NCBI GenBank assembly: GCA_963747195.1
Contig: CAVVDV010000002.1
Location: 351,750-415,749, forward strand
Direction: 5' to 3'
Length of the DNA: 64,000 bases
Source of the DNA: an uncultured Actinomycetes bacterium
Lineage (GTDB): Bacteria; Actinomycetota; Acidimicrobiia; IMCC26256; JACDBD01
Below, piece after piece: positions 20,646-30,620 of the stretch. Each line of letters begins with the position of its first letter. Within the stretch, counting starts at the first letter, position 1. The notes under the pieces were generated by a model. The model saw only the letters and a program-made list of their open reading frames with translations. It was not told the DNA's origin and ran no database searches. The position numbers and the translations under genes were made by a program.

Positions 20646-21390
20646 CTAGGAAGAGTCGTTGTCGCTGTGGGGGGTGAGCGGACGGCGCGGCTGTTGGCGG
20701 TTCCGTGTTCCGCCCGCGCCGTGTGGCGCCTTCGACGCCGATCGGGAGTGTGTGGGTGGGTGGGAGGTCGAGGGCGTCGAAGTCGACGTCGGGGAAGCGG
20801 CGGTCGAAGCCGACGGCTTTGTGCGTGAGGGAGAGGGAGAGCGCGACGGCGACGTCGGCGCGGAGGATGCCGAGCTTGCGGGCGGCGACGGCGATGCGGG
20901 TTTGGCAGCGGCAGTCGATGGAGTGGATGGCGGCGGTCTTGGCGGCGGAGCCGACGGCGATGCCGAGGTCGATGTCGCGCAGGTTGCACTGGGGCCCGGC
21001 GAACTCGAGCTCGGCGGAGTCGTCTTGGAGTTGTTTGGTGGCGTGGAGGAATTCGGCGCAGGTGGCGTAGCCGCAGGCGCCGCAGTCGTAGTTGGGCGGG
21101 TACCAGTCGGCGAGACCGACGAACAGCGCGGCGTCGATGGCTTCGGCGACGTCGGCGTCGCGGAACCAGATGGTCTCGCGACGTTCTTTGCCCCGGGCGC
21201 GCATCCAGCCGGCGAGGCGGGCGAGGGTGTCGTGGTCGTCGACGATGACGGTCTCGATGAACAGGTGCTTGCCCTGTAGGAACAGCTGCCCGCCGGACTT
21301 GGGCGCGGTGACGGCGGCTGCGGCCATGAGCTTGGCCACCTGTCGCACAGTGTCGGCGCGTAGGTCGTCGTAGCTGAGGTGCTCGCTCAT
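20646..21390 (-). CDS. DUF2148-like Fe-S (ferredoxin-domain) protein (C-terminal frameshift likely; ORF track ends 20596)
   Basis: MAAAAVTAPKSGG, DCGACGYATC, GPQC...DLGIAVGSAAKTA, IDCR. Confidence 0.78.
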
Positions 21391-21830
21391 GCCGGCTGGG
21401 TGGCGACTTGCTTGGCACACCAGGCGTAGAGCGCGTCGTAGACGAACTCGGCGCGCTCGAGCAGCCGGTGGTCGTCGGCCTCGACGTCGAGGCCGCCGAG
21501 GCCGATCGCCAGGAGTCCCGGTCCGGCGGGGTCGGTGTGCAGCTCGGATTCGATGTCGGCGGCGTGCACGATGCGCGCCAGCCGCACGAGCGCCGGGTCG
21601 TCACCGAGCCCGAAGTCGTCGATGAGCACCTCGAAGCTGCAGCGGTTGCCGCGGTGGGTGAACTCGGCGCCGTCGGCGTCGAACGACCGGGCGCCCTCCT
21701 TACGCGCGACGTCCAGGACTTGGTCGACCGGGACGTAGAGGATCTCGGCGTCGTGGTCGATGAAGCGGCGGATCAGCCAGGGACACGCGATGCGGTCGGT
21801 CTTGGGACGGGCGCGGGTCACCCATTTCAT
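21387..21830 (-). CDS. Chromate resistance ChrB C-terminal-domain protein (copy 2)
   Basis: KWVTRARPKTDRIACPWLIRRFID, FTHRGNRCSFE, LARIVHAAD, YDALYAW. Confidence 0.88.
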   Translation of the reverse strand: MKWVTRARPKTDRIACPWLIRRFIDHDAEILYVPVDQVLDVARKEGARSFDADGAEFTHRGNRCSFEVLIDDFGLGDDPALVRLARIVHAADIESELHTDPAGPGLLAIGLGGLDVEADDHRLLERAEFVYDALYAWCAKQVATQPA

Positions 21831-22178
21831 GTCAGGTCCTCCTCGGTGGGGTTCATCGGGTCGTGGTCGGCGAGGCCGGCGAGGTTCAGGTAGCCGCCGG
21901 TGACGTCGTAACGGGTGATCGGCCGGTACTCGACGGCTTGGTGCATCTCGGAGGCCGTGAGCTGCGTCGCGTTCGGGCGTCGCGATCCAGGCGTCGAAGA
22001 CCTCGTGGCTCGGCCAGATCGTGATCACGACGGTGTCGCCGTCGCCGGATGTCGGCTCGAGCACGAGCTCGGCGAGGATGCCGTGGTCCTCGCGAACGGC
22101 GCGGCCGTCACGGATCCAGGCGAGATAGTCGTCGCGTTTCTCGGCCGGTACGGCGACGGTGCGCAGGCACACGATCAT
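21827..22178 (-). CDS. Antibiotic biosynthesis monooxygenase (ABM)-like protein (frameshift ~21960)
   Basis: Small alpha/beta protein with VVITIWPSHEVFDAW; ATGA overlaps on both sides. Confidence 0.65.
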
Positions 22179-23456
22179 GGGTTGGCCTCCTCGACGCCGG
22201 TGAGTGTCGGGACTGGGGTCGTCGAGGCGCGCTCGCCGGGCTCTCGTGTGTCGTCGGGGAGCGGCACGCGCTCGGAACCAACGCCAAAGCACCAGGTCGT
22301 AGAGCGACTTGATGCCGCCGGCCAGGACGAACGGGAGACCGAACGCGATCGACTGGCTTACGCCTGCGAGCGCGGGGCCAACCGGCCTGACGACATACCG
22401 GGCCGTGTTGGTCACCGCGGCCGCTGGCGTGCGTTCCTCGGGCTCGACCATCGCCATGACGTAGGCCTGGCGCGTGGGCACGTCCATCTGCGCCAGCACG
22501 AACCGTCCGAACAGCAGCGCGATCGCAGCGGGGAGGTTGGGGGCGAGCGGGATCGCGGCCAGCAGCACGTTGGACGGCAGATGCGTGAACACCATCGTGC
22601 GCAGGAGCCCGAACCGCTCAGCCAAGCGCGGCGCGGCCAGGAACGACACTGTCTGGAGCAGACCAACCGAGAAGAACACCACTCCCAGCACGCCGATCGA
22701 CGCGTGGAACTCGACCGCGAGCCAGTAGACGATGAAGGACTGCACCACGAAGCCGCCGCCGAAGCTGTCGAGCGCGAACAGCGCGGACAGCTGCAGCACA
22801 ACCCGACGAGATCGCCCCAGCCCCACCCGTTCCCGCGCGCGTTGCGGTCGCGGTTCGACTTCCGCCCGCGATGAGAGCGTCCCCGCCACCACGGCGCCGG
22901 CGAGCGCGACAGGCACGAACAGCAGGAAGAATCGTTGATCGATCGGCGCTCCCGGCCACACGCGGCGAAGCAGTTCCGGGCCGCCGGCGGCCAATGCGCC
23001 CACAGAGCCCGCGGCGGTCGCCACCGCGTTGTAGGTGCCGAAGCCGCGTGTTCGTGCCTGGCCGGTGAGCTCGGTCGCCAGCATGGACTGCTCGAGTGAG
23101 GTGAACGCGCCCGATTCGACGACCTCGGTGGACAATGCGCCGGTGAGCGCCACTGCGCACAACACCCAGACCTGATCGGAGAAGGCGAACACCACGCCCG
23201 TCACTGCCAGCGCCAGGTACAGCACGACGTAGGAACGTCGGCGGCCCCACCGGTCACCCCACCGGCCGATCGCGAGCGACGACACGACCGTCCCCGCGAC
23301 GACGGCCGCGAGCACCAGCCCGACCTGGCCCGACGAGAACCCCGCGCGCTCGAGCGTCGAGCCCAGCAGAATGGCCCCAAAGCCGTAGGCGAACGCGCGC
23401 AAGGCCTGGGCCCACAGGATCCGACGGGCGTCCGAGGAGAGTCGTGCGCGCGTCAC
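22175..23456 (-). CDS. MFS transporter (frameshift ~22265)
   Basis: LRAFAYGF, GDRWGRRR, LFALDSFGGGF, MVFTHLPSN, QMDVPTRQAY. Confidence 0.88.
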
Positions 23457-23884
23457 GCCGGGTCCTTTCCCAACAGCAGCGCCCGCCGCCGGTACTCGTA
23501 CAGACTGTCGAAGACCGGCCCGGTGATCGCGAGGACGTCGTCATCACCGCGCACCATCGTCAGGCCACGGCAGATGACGTCCAAACCGGGTGCCTCCGGA
23601 GCATCGAAACGATCATCGGCAAGATCGGCCTCGTGAACGATTCGAGCGAGGTCCCACAGCACCGGATCATCCAACGCGTATCGGTGCAGCATCGTCTCGA
23701 ACGAGCAGTCCCCACCGTGATGCGACAAGTCAGCACCCCGGATGTCGAACGGCGTCGCGGCCTCGGGAACCTCGTCGGGATCATCGACGAAGACGAACTC
23801 CGCGTCCGCATCGATGAAGCGCCGGATTAGCCACGCGCACGCCGCCCGGTCGACGTGGCAACCAGCCCTCGTCGCCCACATCAC
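23453..23884 (-). CDS. Chromate resistance ChrB C-terminal-domain protein (copy 1)
   Basis: WATRAGCHVDRAACAWLIRRFID, SHHGGDCSFET, IVHEADL, APEAPGL. Confidence 0.88.
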   Translation of the reverse strand: MMWATRAGCHVDRAACAWLIRRFIDADAEFVFVDDPDEVPEAATPFDIRGADLSHHGGDCSFETMLHRYALDDPVLWDLARIVHEADLADDRFDAPEAPGLDVICRGLTMVRGDDDVLAITGPVFDSLYEYRRRALLLGKDPA

Positions 23885-24354
23885 CGCGACGCCTCCACCT
23901 CGACCGCCAACCTCTCGACCGCGCGCTGCGCTTTCTCCCGGTCAGGAGGCGGGAAGTGATCGCGTTGGGCGATCCGATGCAGCTCGCGCCGCAATCGCGC
24001 CGCGATCCGCCGCCGGGCCGAATCCGATTCGCCCCGTGCCGCCTCTGCGACTTCGATCACGGCGCGGTATTCCTCTGACACCGCCTCGGCCATCGTGGCG
24101 GCCAGGGCGCGTTCCTGGCCGGCCGAGCCTGACCGGGCGATCCACAGCGTCGCCTCTCCGCCGGCCTCCAGGACCTCGTCGGCGATCCACTCCAGCTGCT
24201 CCTTCGTGCGCGCGTCGTTGGGCAGCGCGACGAGCCCGTCGCCGAGCTGCGCCGTTCCCAGGCGGCGCAACTTGCGCCACACCGAGATCCGCGGCGTCGA
24301 GGGTTCGCGGGGGATCCGGTAGGCGAGGAGCACCCATTCGAGTCGACCGGGCAC
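23881..24354 (-). CDS. ChrB N-terminal-domain (DNA-binding-like) protein
   Basis: WVLLAYRIPREPSTPRISVWRKLRRLG...EEY...RDHFP. Confidence 0.85.
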   Translation of the reverse strand: MPGRLEWVLLAYRIPREPSTPRISVWRKLRRLGTAQLGDGLVALPNDARTKEQLEWIADEVLEAGGEATLWIARSGSAGQERALAATMAEAVSEEYRAVIEVAEAARGESDSARRRIAARLRRELHRIAQRDHFPPPDREKAQRAVERLAVEVEASR

Positions 24355-24385
24355 AAGCTCACCGTAGAACGGGAACCGCCGTGAA

Positions 24386-24401
24386 TGCAACCACGGTTAC
24401 A
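24386..24401. promoter_or_regulatory. Inverted repeat, candidate operator in divergent promoter
   Basis: TGCAACC-AC-GGTTACA. Confidence 0.55.
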
Positions 24402-24409
24402 GATACAGT

Positions 24410-25436
24410 GTGGCCGTGCGGATCCACCACCCGGCAGCGGCGCTGGCAGCGGCCACCGTGGTCGTGATGGCTCTGTTCTTCCCTGCCAGTCCGGTCGCCG
24501 GGCGCACGCCGGGGCTGCCGCTCGAGCGTGTGCGCGACGTCCGCCTACCAGGGCGGTCGACCCGCTTCGATTACCAAAGCGTCGACGCACCGGGCCGGCG
24601 CCTCTACGTCGCCCACCTTGGCGACTCCACCCTCGACGTCATCGACGTCGACGCCCTCACGGCGGTGGCGACCGTCCCGGATATCGCCGACGTCCACGGC
24701 GTGCTCGCCGTACCGGAGATCGGACGCGTGTTCGCGTCGGCGACCGGAACCAACGAGCTCGTCACACTCGACGCATCAAGCAATCAGGTGATCGCCCGCA
24801 CACCGACCGGCAAATTTCCGGACGGCATCGCCTACGACCCACGCGACGACCTCGTGCTCGTCTCCAACAAGGACGCCGGGACCGAAACGCTCGTCGAGGG
24901 GAACTCGGGGCGCATGGTCCGCACCGTGCAGCTCGGCCGCGAGGTCGGCAACGTCGCCTACGACTCCACCAGCGGACTCGCGTACGTCGCAGTGCGCCCG
25001 CCCGACCAAGTCGTCGCTTTCGATCCCACGCACCGGCACGATCACTGACCGGATTCGACTCAAGAACTGCCGCGGAGCGCACGGCCTCTATGTGCAACCC
25101 CAGGCCCAGCACGCGTTCGTCGCTTGTGAAGACAACGCCAGAGTCGTCATGGTCGATCTCCAAAGCCACCGAGAGATAGCGGCGGCGTCCGTCGGCGACA
25201 CCCCGGACGTGCTCGCCTACGACCCCGGCCTCGGACGCCTCTACGTCGCCGCCGAGAGCGGCGTCGTGACCGCGTTCTCACCAGCCGGGCATGGGTTTCG
25301 CAAGCTCGGCCAAGCGCACCTCGCCGACAAAGCCCACTCCGTCGCCGTCGACCCCACCACCCACCTCGTGTTCTTTCCCCTGGAACGCGATCCCAACAAG
25401 CCCGGCCTCCGAGTCATGAAGCCCGTCGACACCTAG
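24410..25436 (+). CDS. Secreted YncE-like beta-propeller protein (frameshift ~25040)
   Basis: Signal peptide, RFDYQSVD..RRLYVAH, repeated blades, DVLAYDPGLGRLYVAAESG, AHSVAVDP. Confidence 0.8.
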
Positions 25437-25463
25437 CCGACCACGCGCTGCAATAGTCCGAAG

Positions 25464-26060
25464 ATGTCGACAACAACCGAGCGCAGCAGACTGCTGAGGC
25501 GGGGTCTTCGCCTCGAGTACGCCACGCTCGGCTGGAACGTCCTCGAGATCGGGTTTCTGGGCTTCGCCGCGATCATGGCCCGCTCTGTGGCACTCGCCGG
25601 GTTCGCATTGGATTCGTGCATCGAAATCTTCGCGTCGCTTGTTGTCGTGTGGCAGCTCAAGGGCACCGCGACTCGGGAGCGCGAGCAGCGAGCGGTCCGA
25701 TTGATCGGGTTCGCATTCCTCGGCCTCGCGCTGTACCTCGTCGGCCAGACCGTGGTGACGCTCGCTGCGGGCATCCGTCCGGACTCTTCCCTGCTGGGGA
25801 TCGGCTGGCTCGCGGCGACGGTGGTCGCCATGTTCAGTCTGGCGGCCGCGAAGGGGCGCACCGGGCGGGCGCTCGGGAACCTCACCCTCCAGACGGAGGC
25901 GAAGGTCACCATGATCGACGGGACGCTGGCCGCCACCATTCTGGTCGGCCTGGTGCTCAATGCCGCCCTCGGCTGGTGGTGGGCCGACCTCGCCGGAGGG
26001 TTTGTCATCATCGGGTACGGGTTACGCGAGGGCTCCGTCGCGCTCCGAGGCTCGAGCTGA
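25464..26060 (+). CDS. Short CDF-type cation transporter lacking the cytoplasmic domain
   Basis: LEYATLGWNVLE, SVALAGFALDS, LGWWWAD. Confidence 0.78.
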   Translation: MSTTTERSRLLRRGLRLEYATLGWNVLEIGFLGFAAIMARSVALAGFALDSCIEIFASLVVVWQLKGTATREREQRAVRLIGFAFLGLALYLVGQTVVTLAAGIRPDSSLLGIGWLAATVVAMFSLAAAKGRTGRALGNLTLQTEAKVTMIDGTLAATILVGLVLNAALGWWWADLAGGFVIIGYGLREGSVALRGSS

Positions 26061-26091
26061 CCCGCCGCCCGCGCTGCTGCACGCGTCGGCT

Positions 26092-26121
26092 TTTACACGC
26101 GTGACGCACATACATTATGGT
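26092..26121 (+). promoter_or_regulatory. Sigma-70-like promoter, possibly leaderless into 26130
   Basis: TTTACA-18 nt-TATGGT, 8 nt before GTG. Confidence 0.45.
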
Positions 26122-26129
26122 TCCGCTTC

Positions 26130-27717
26130 GTGCCCGGTCGGGGGAGGCGCGTTCGAGTTCGGACTCGGGTGGTCGCGGCTCTGAGCGTCGTCGCGCTCAC
26201 GGCCGCCCTCGCCGCGGTGGTCGCGAGCTCCGCCGGCGCCAACCCCGCCAAACCCGCCAAGCCGGCGAGGCGGAAGGCGTCGCCGTGGGAGCCCGACCAG
26301 CCCGGAGTGCAGCACCTGCACTTCAAGTACGGCCCGGTCTCGATCCAGCCCGGGCAGAACAACATCAGCTTCAGCGATCGCGAGGTGCCGAAGCCGACCG
26401 AGGACGGCTACATCGTCGGCATCCACCCGAACCTGCGCACGAAGGACGGCAAGGTCCCCCCGGTCGACGTGATCCACCTGCACCACGGCGTGTGGCTGAA
26501 CATGTCCGCGGAGCGGGACCGCTCCCGGGGAGTGCCCAACTTCTTCGCCGCCGGCGAAGAGAAGACGATCATGAAGCTGCCGACCGGCTACGGGTATCCG
26601 TACCGGGCGTCCGACAATTGGGTCCTCAACTACATGATCCACGACCTCACGCCGGGGCCGTACCAGGTGTGGATCACGTACGACCTCGACTTCGTCCCGT
26701 CGTCGTCGCCGGCCGCCCAACAGATCACACCGGCCCGACCGATCTGGATGGACGTCCAGAACGGCAGCATCTATCCGGTGTTCGACGTGATCAAGGGCTC
26801 GGGCACCAACGGCACCTTCACGTACCCCGACCAGGCGAACAACCCGTACGCGAACGGTCGTCAGAAGAACGTGTGGACCGTCGACCGGGACAGCGTGCTG
26901 TTGGGCACCGCCGGTCACTTGCACCCCGGCGGCCTCCACGACGACCTGTACGTCGATCGACCGGGCGCGACGGGCGCGCCGGGGTCGAGCGTCGTGACAG
27001 GGCAAGCCGGATACCGCGCACCTGTTCCGCTCGGTGGCCGACTACTTCGAGCCCGCCGGCGCGGTGAGCTGGGACGTTTCGATGACCGCGACGCCGTCCG
27101 AACTGGCAGCGTGCAGGTTCACGCGGGCGACCATGTTGCGGATCAACACGACCTATGACAGCAAGCGCGCGTCCTGGTACGAGTCGATGGGCATCATGAT
27201 CGTCTGGGCGACGGACGGGACGAACGGTCGCGACCCGTTCACCACGAAGGTCGACACGAAGGGCGAGCTCACGCACGGTCACCTGCCCGAGAACAACCAC
27301 CACGGCGGGCAGAAGGTGACGCTCCCGAACCCCACGAAGTTCGCGGGGACCGACACGTCTGCAGTCGGGATCGACAACTTCCTCTACGGGGTCGGTGACG
27401 CGACGGGCAAGCACCAGATCCCCAAGGTCAAGGCCGGGCAGTCGATCACGTTCACGAACAACGACGCCACGAAGGACGCCAACGGCATCTGGCATTCGAT
27501 CACCGCGTGCCGCGCGCCGTGCAACAAGGAGACGGGCGTGGCGTACCCGCTCGCCGACGGCAGCACGCAGTTCGACTCCGGGCAGCTCGGTGCGGCCGGC
27601 CCGCCGAGCGCGGGCCGCGTCTCGTGGGACACGCCGGCGGACTTGAAGCCGGGCACGTATACCTACTTCTGCCGCATCCACCCGTTCATGCGCGGCGCCT
27701 TCCAGGTCGCGCCCTAG
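26130..27717 (+). CDS. Secreted copper type II (PHM/DBM-like) monooxygenase fused to a C-terminal cupredoxin (frameshifts ~27000-27130)
   Basis: Signal peptide; HLHHGVW, GHLHPGG, YESMGIM; C-terminal WHSIT...YFCRIHPFMRG. Confidence 0.65.
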
Positions 27718-27736
27718 CGCGGGATCGCCTGCCGCC

Positions 27737-28348
27737 CTAGGCGCCGGTCCAACAGCCCAGGACGGTCATACCCGCCCCGACCGCGACCTGGTCTCTGGTC
27801 TCGTGTCCGGATCCGAAGGGCTCCGGCAGACCCGACGTGTCGACCAGGAGGACCTTGTAGTCCTTCCGGAGCACGAGTGAGCCGTTGGTGGTCACGAAGG
27901 CACCCTGGGCGACGCCGCTGAGGTGCTCCGCCTCGCCGAGCTGGGCACGCAGGGAGTTGAAGTACGCCGTCGTCGCGGTCCGGCTCGAAAGCTCCTTCAC
28001 GGACAGCGCCATGGTGCCGTCGGGATACATGTAGCGGCACGAGTAGACGTGATCGACCCACGTCGGGTCGGAAACACCGGTCGTCGCGACCCCGAGCGCC
28101 GACGCGAGGTCTTTCTGCGCCTCGGGAGCGCACACCATCCGCGCCGACTCCGACGGATTGCGCCCGGCCGGCTGTGCGACATGTCGGACAGCGCTGGCGC
28201 CGGTCCCTTGTGGCGCCGGTTGCGTTGTCGAGCCGCCGCCTCCGACGAACAACACCCAGGCGCCTGCGAGCGCCACAACAAGAAGAAGAGCGCCGGCGAC
28301 GTAGGGGGCCCGCAGGCGCCCACGGCCGGTCCTTCTGCGTCGGGTCAA
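27737..28348 (-). CDS. Membrane-anchored exported hypothetical protein
   Basis: Basic N-terminus, TM helix, soluble domain with 3 Cys; coding-like composition. Confidence 0.6.
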   Translation of the reverse strand: MTRRRRTGRGRLRAPYVAGALLLVVALAGAWVLFVGGGGSTTQPAPQGTGASAVRHVAQPAGRNPSESARMVCAPEAQKDLASALGVATTGVSDPTWVDHVYSCRYMYPDGTMALSVKELSSRTATTAYFNSLRAQLGEAEHLSGVAQGAFVTTNGSLVLRKDYKVLLVDTSGLPEPFGSGHETRDQVAVGAGMTVLGCWTGA

Positions 28349-28492
28349 CGGGTCCTCCGGGTGGCAATTTGCTCGTCCACGACGGTACCAACGACCTGTC
28401 GGCGTTCCGTTTCAGGCCCTCAACGCCTCGGCACACCCGTCGTCGCCTGCCGCATTGCGCACGGTGAGCCCCGGTCGCTAGCGTCCCCGCTC

Positions 28493-29416
28493 GTGCGAGT
28501 GGGCCAACTTGCGCCGGTTCGGCGCGTTCTCGTCGCGATCTGCGCCGTGGCGGCCGCCGCGATCCCGCTGCTGGCGAGCCCGGCGAGCGGCCAGCCCGCC
28601 CCCGACCCCCGGCAGGCAAGCCAACGATGCCGCCGCCCGGTACTCGACGATCGAGACTCGCTACGACGCTGCTCGGCGACCAGATCGCGGCCCTCGAGCA
28701 GAAGATCCAAGCCGGGGAGGCGCGCCGGGCGGAGCTGCGCGGCATCGCGCAGCGGCGGGCAGCAGTCGCGTACAAGAACGCGGGAGCGGACCTCGGAGTG
28801 TTGCTCCAGGCGAAGAACCCGAGCGAAGGCGCGCGGTTCAACTGCTCTGCTCGACCGGGCCAACGAGGCCGACAATCGCTTGGCTGATGAGCTCGGCACG
28901 CTGAACGCCCAGCTCACCGCCCAGCGCGACCAGCTCGCCTCCCAGCAAAAGGAGCGGCAGGGCGCACTCGGCCAGCTCAACGGGCTCGACGCCAACTTCG
29001 CTGCGGCCGCCGTGGGAGGTCCGGTGCAGATCATCGACGGGATGGCGTGCCCGTTGCCGGGCGCCGGGTTCACCGACGACTTCGGCCAGCCCCGCTCGGG
29101 AGGGCACACCCACCAGGGCGTCGACATGCACGCGCCGAGTGGCATCCCCGAGCTCGCGATGGTGAGCGGCAACGTCACCTACGGCGACGGCGGCGGCGGC
29201 GGCATGGGCGCGTACATCGCCGGCGACGATGGGAACCGCTACGTCTACTACCACCTGTCCCAGTACATCGGCCCGCCGCGCCACGTGAGCCCGGGCGAGG
29301 TCATCGGCAAGGTGGGCGCGACCGGCGACGCGACCGGGCCGCATTTGCACTTCGAGATCCATCCCGGGGGCGGCCCGGCCGTCGACCCGTACCCGACGCT
29401 CGCAAAGATCTGCTGA
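28493..29416 (+). CDS. M23 family metallopeptidase with coiled-coil N-terminus (frameshifts)
   Basis: HQGVD, YYHL, GPHLHFEIHPGG; signal peptide. Confidence 0.85.
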   Translation: MRVGQLAPVRRVLVAICAVAAAAIPLLASPASGQPAPDPRQASQRCRRPVLDDRDSLRRCSATRSRPSSRRSKPGRRAGRSCAASRSGGQQSRTRTRERTSECCSRRRTRAKARGSTALLDRANEADNRLADELGTLNAQLTAQRDQLASQQKERQGALGQLNGLDANFAAAAVGGPVQIIDGMACPLPGAGFTDDFGQPRSGGHTHQGVDMHAPSGIPELAMVSGNVTYGDGGGGGMGAYIAGDDGNRYVYYHLSQYIGPPRHVSPGEVIGKVGATGDATGPHLHFEIHPGGGPAVDPYPTLAKIC

Positions 29417-29440
29417 GACGCCGCTTGCGGGGAGCACGGT

Positions 29441-29456
29441 TGTACCGGGCGGTCCA
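29441..29456. promoter_or_regulatory. Operator motif A
   Basis: TGTACCGGGCGGTCCA. Confidence 0.6.
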
Positions 29457-29469
29457 ATAGGATCCGCCC

Positions 29470-30618
29470 GTGGACTTCTCGCTCACCGAGTCGGAACGCG
29501 ACCTGGTGGGCCTCTGTCGCGAGTTCGCGCAGAAGGAGATCGCGCCTCGTGCCCCCCTGGCGTGGGAGGAGGAGCGGTGCCCGACCGACCTGCTCCGCGA
29601 GATGGGTGCGTTGGGCCTGCTCGGGATTCTGATCCCCGAGAAGTGGGGTGGCATCGGCATGTCGACGGTCGCCTTCGTCGCCGCGATGGAGCAGATCGGG
29701 CTGGCCGACCAGTCGGTTGCGTCGGCGTGGCAGGCGCACGTGACCATCGGGTCATTGCCGCTGTACCTGTTCGGCAACGACGACCAGCGAGAGCGTTGGC
29801 TGAGACCGTTGGCCGAGGGACGCGCCCTCGGCGCGTTCGGCTTGACCGAGCCCGATGCGGGATCCGACGCACGCGGCATCCGCACGCGAGCGGTACGGCG
29901 CGATGGTGGCTGGCTGATCAACGGTCGGAAGACGTTCATCTCCAACGCGGGCACCGACATGTCGTTCGGGGTGACGCTGCTCGCGCGGACCGAGTCGGCC
30001 GAGGGGCAGGGGCCGATGTTCGCGAGCTTCGTCGTAGAGAAGGACACGCCCGGCTTCACCATGGGCCCGAAGATGCGAGGCATCGGCTGGCGTGGCCTCG
30101 ACACCCGTGAGCTTTCCTTCGACGACGTCTGGGTCGCCGACGATCACCTCATCGGCGATCCCGCGATGGGCCTCAGCCAGTTCCTGCGCACGCTCGAGGT
30201 CGGGCGGATCTCGATCGCGGCGTTGTCGCTCAGCCTGACGCAGGCCGTGCTCGGCCTGGCGACGGACTACGCCCGGCAGCGGATGCAATTCGGCCGGCCC
30301 ATCTCGAAGTTCCAGGCCATCCAGTTCAAGCTCGCCGACATCGCCACCGAGCTGGAGGCGGCGCGGTGGCTCACCTATCGCGCGGCGTGGCTGCGTGACA
30401 CCGGCCAGCCCTTCCTCAAGGAAGCGGCGATGGCGAAGCTCAAGGCCAGTCGCCTCGCGACATGGGCAGCATCGGAAGCCGTTCAGATCCACGGCGGCAT
30501 CGGCTACATGCTCGAGTCACCGGTCGCCCGCTTCTACTGCGATGCGAAGGTCCTCGAGATCGGCGAAGGCACGAACGAGATCCAGCACCTGGTGATCGCT
30601 CGCGAGCTGGGCTGCTGA
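29470..30618 (+). CDS. Acyl-CoA dehydrogenase
   Basis: FGLTEPDAGSDA, GRKTFISNAG, QIHGGIGY, IGEGTNEIQ. Confidence 0.93.
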   Translation: MDFSLTESERDLVGLCREFAQKEIAPRAPLAWEEERCPTDLLREMGALGLLGILIPEKWGGIGMSTVAFVAAMEQIGLADQSVASAWQAHVTIGSLPLYLFGNDDQRERWLRPLAEGRALGAFGLTEPDAGSDARGIRTRAVRRDGGWLINGRKTFISNAGTDMSFGVTLLARTESAEGQGPMFASFVVEKDTPGFTMGPKMRGIGWRGLDTRELSFDDVWVADDHLIGDPAMGLSQFLRTLEVGRISIAALSLSLTQAVLGLATDYARQRMQFGRPISKFQAIQFKLADIATELEAARWLTYRAAWLRDTGQPFLKEAAMAKLKASRLATWAASEAVQIHGGIGYMLESPVARFYCDAKVLEIGEGTNEIQHLVIARELGC

Positions 30619-30620
30619 GC

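Noticed and set aside
21387..23456. 689-aa MFS-ABM-ChrB fusion ORF
   Set aside because: Each part has its own RBS and ATGA overlap (22175-22178, 21827-21830), and the linkers are off-frame text produced by indels.
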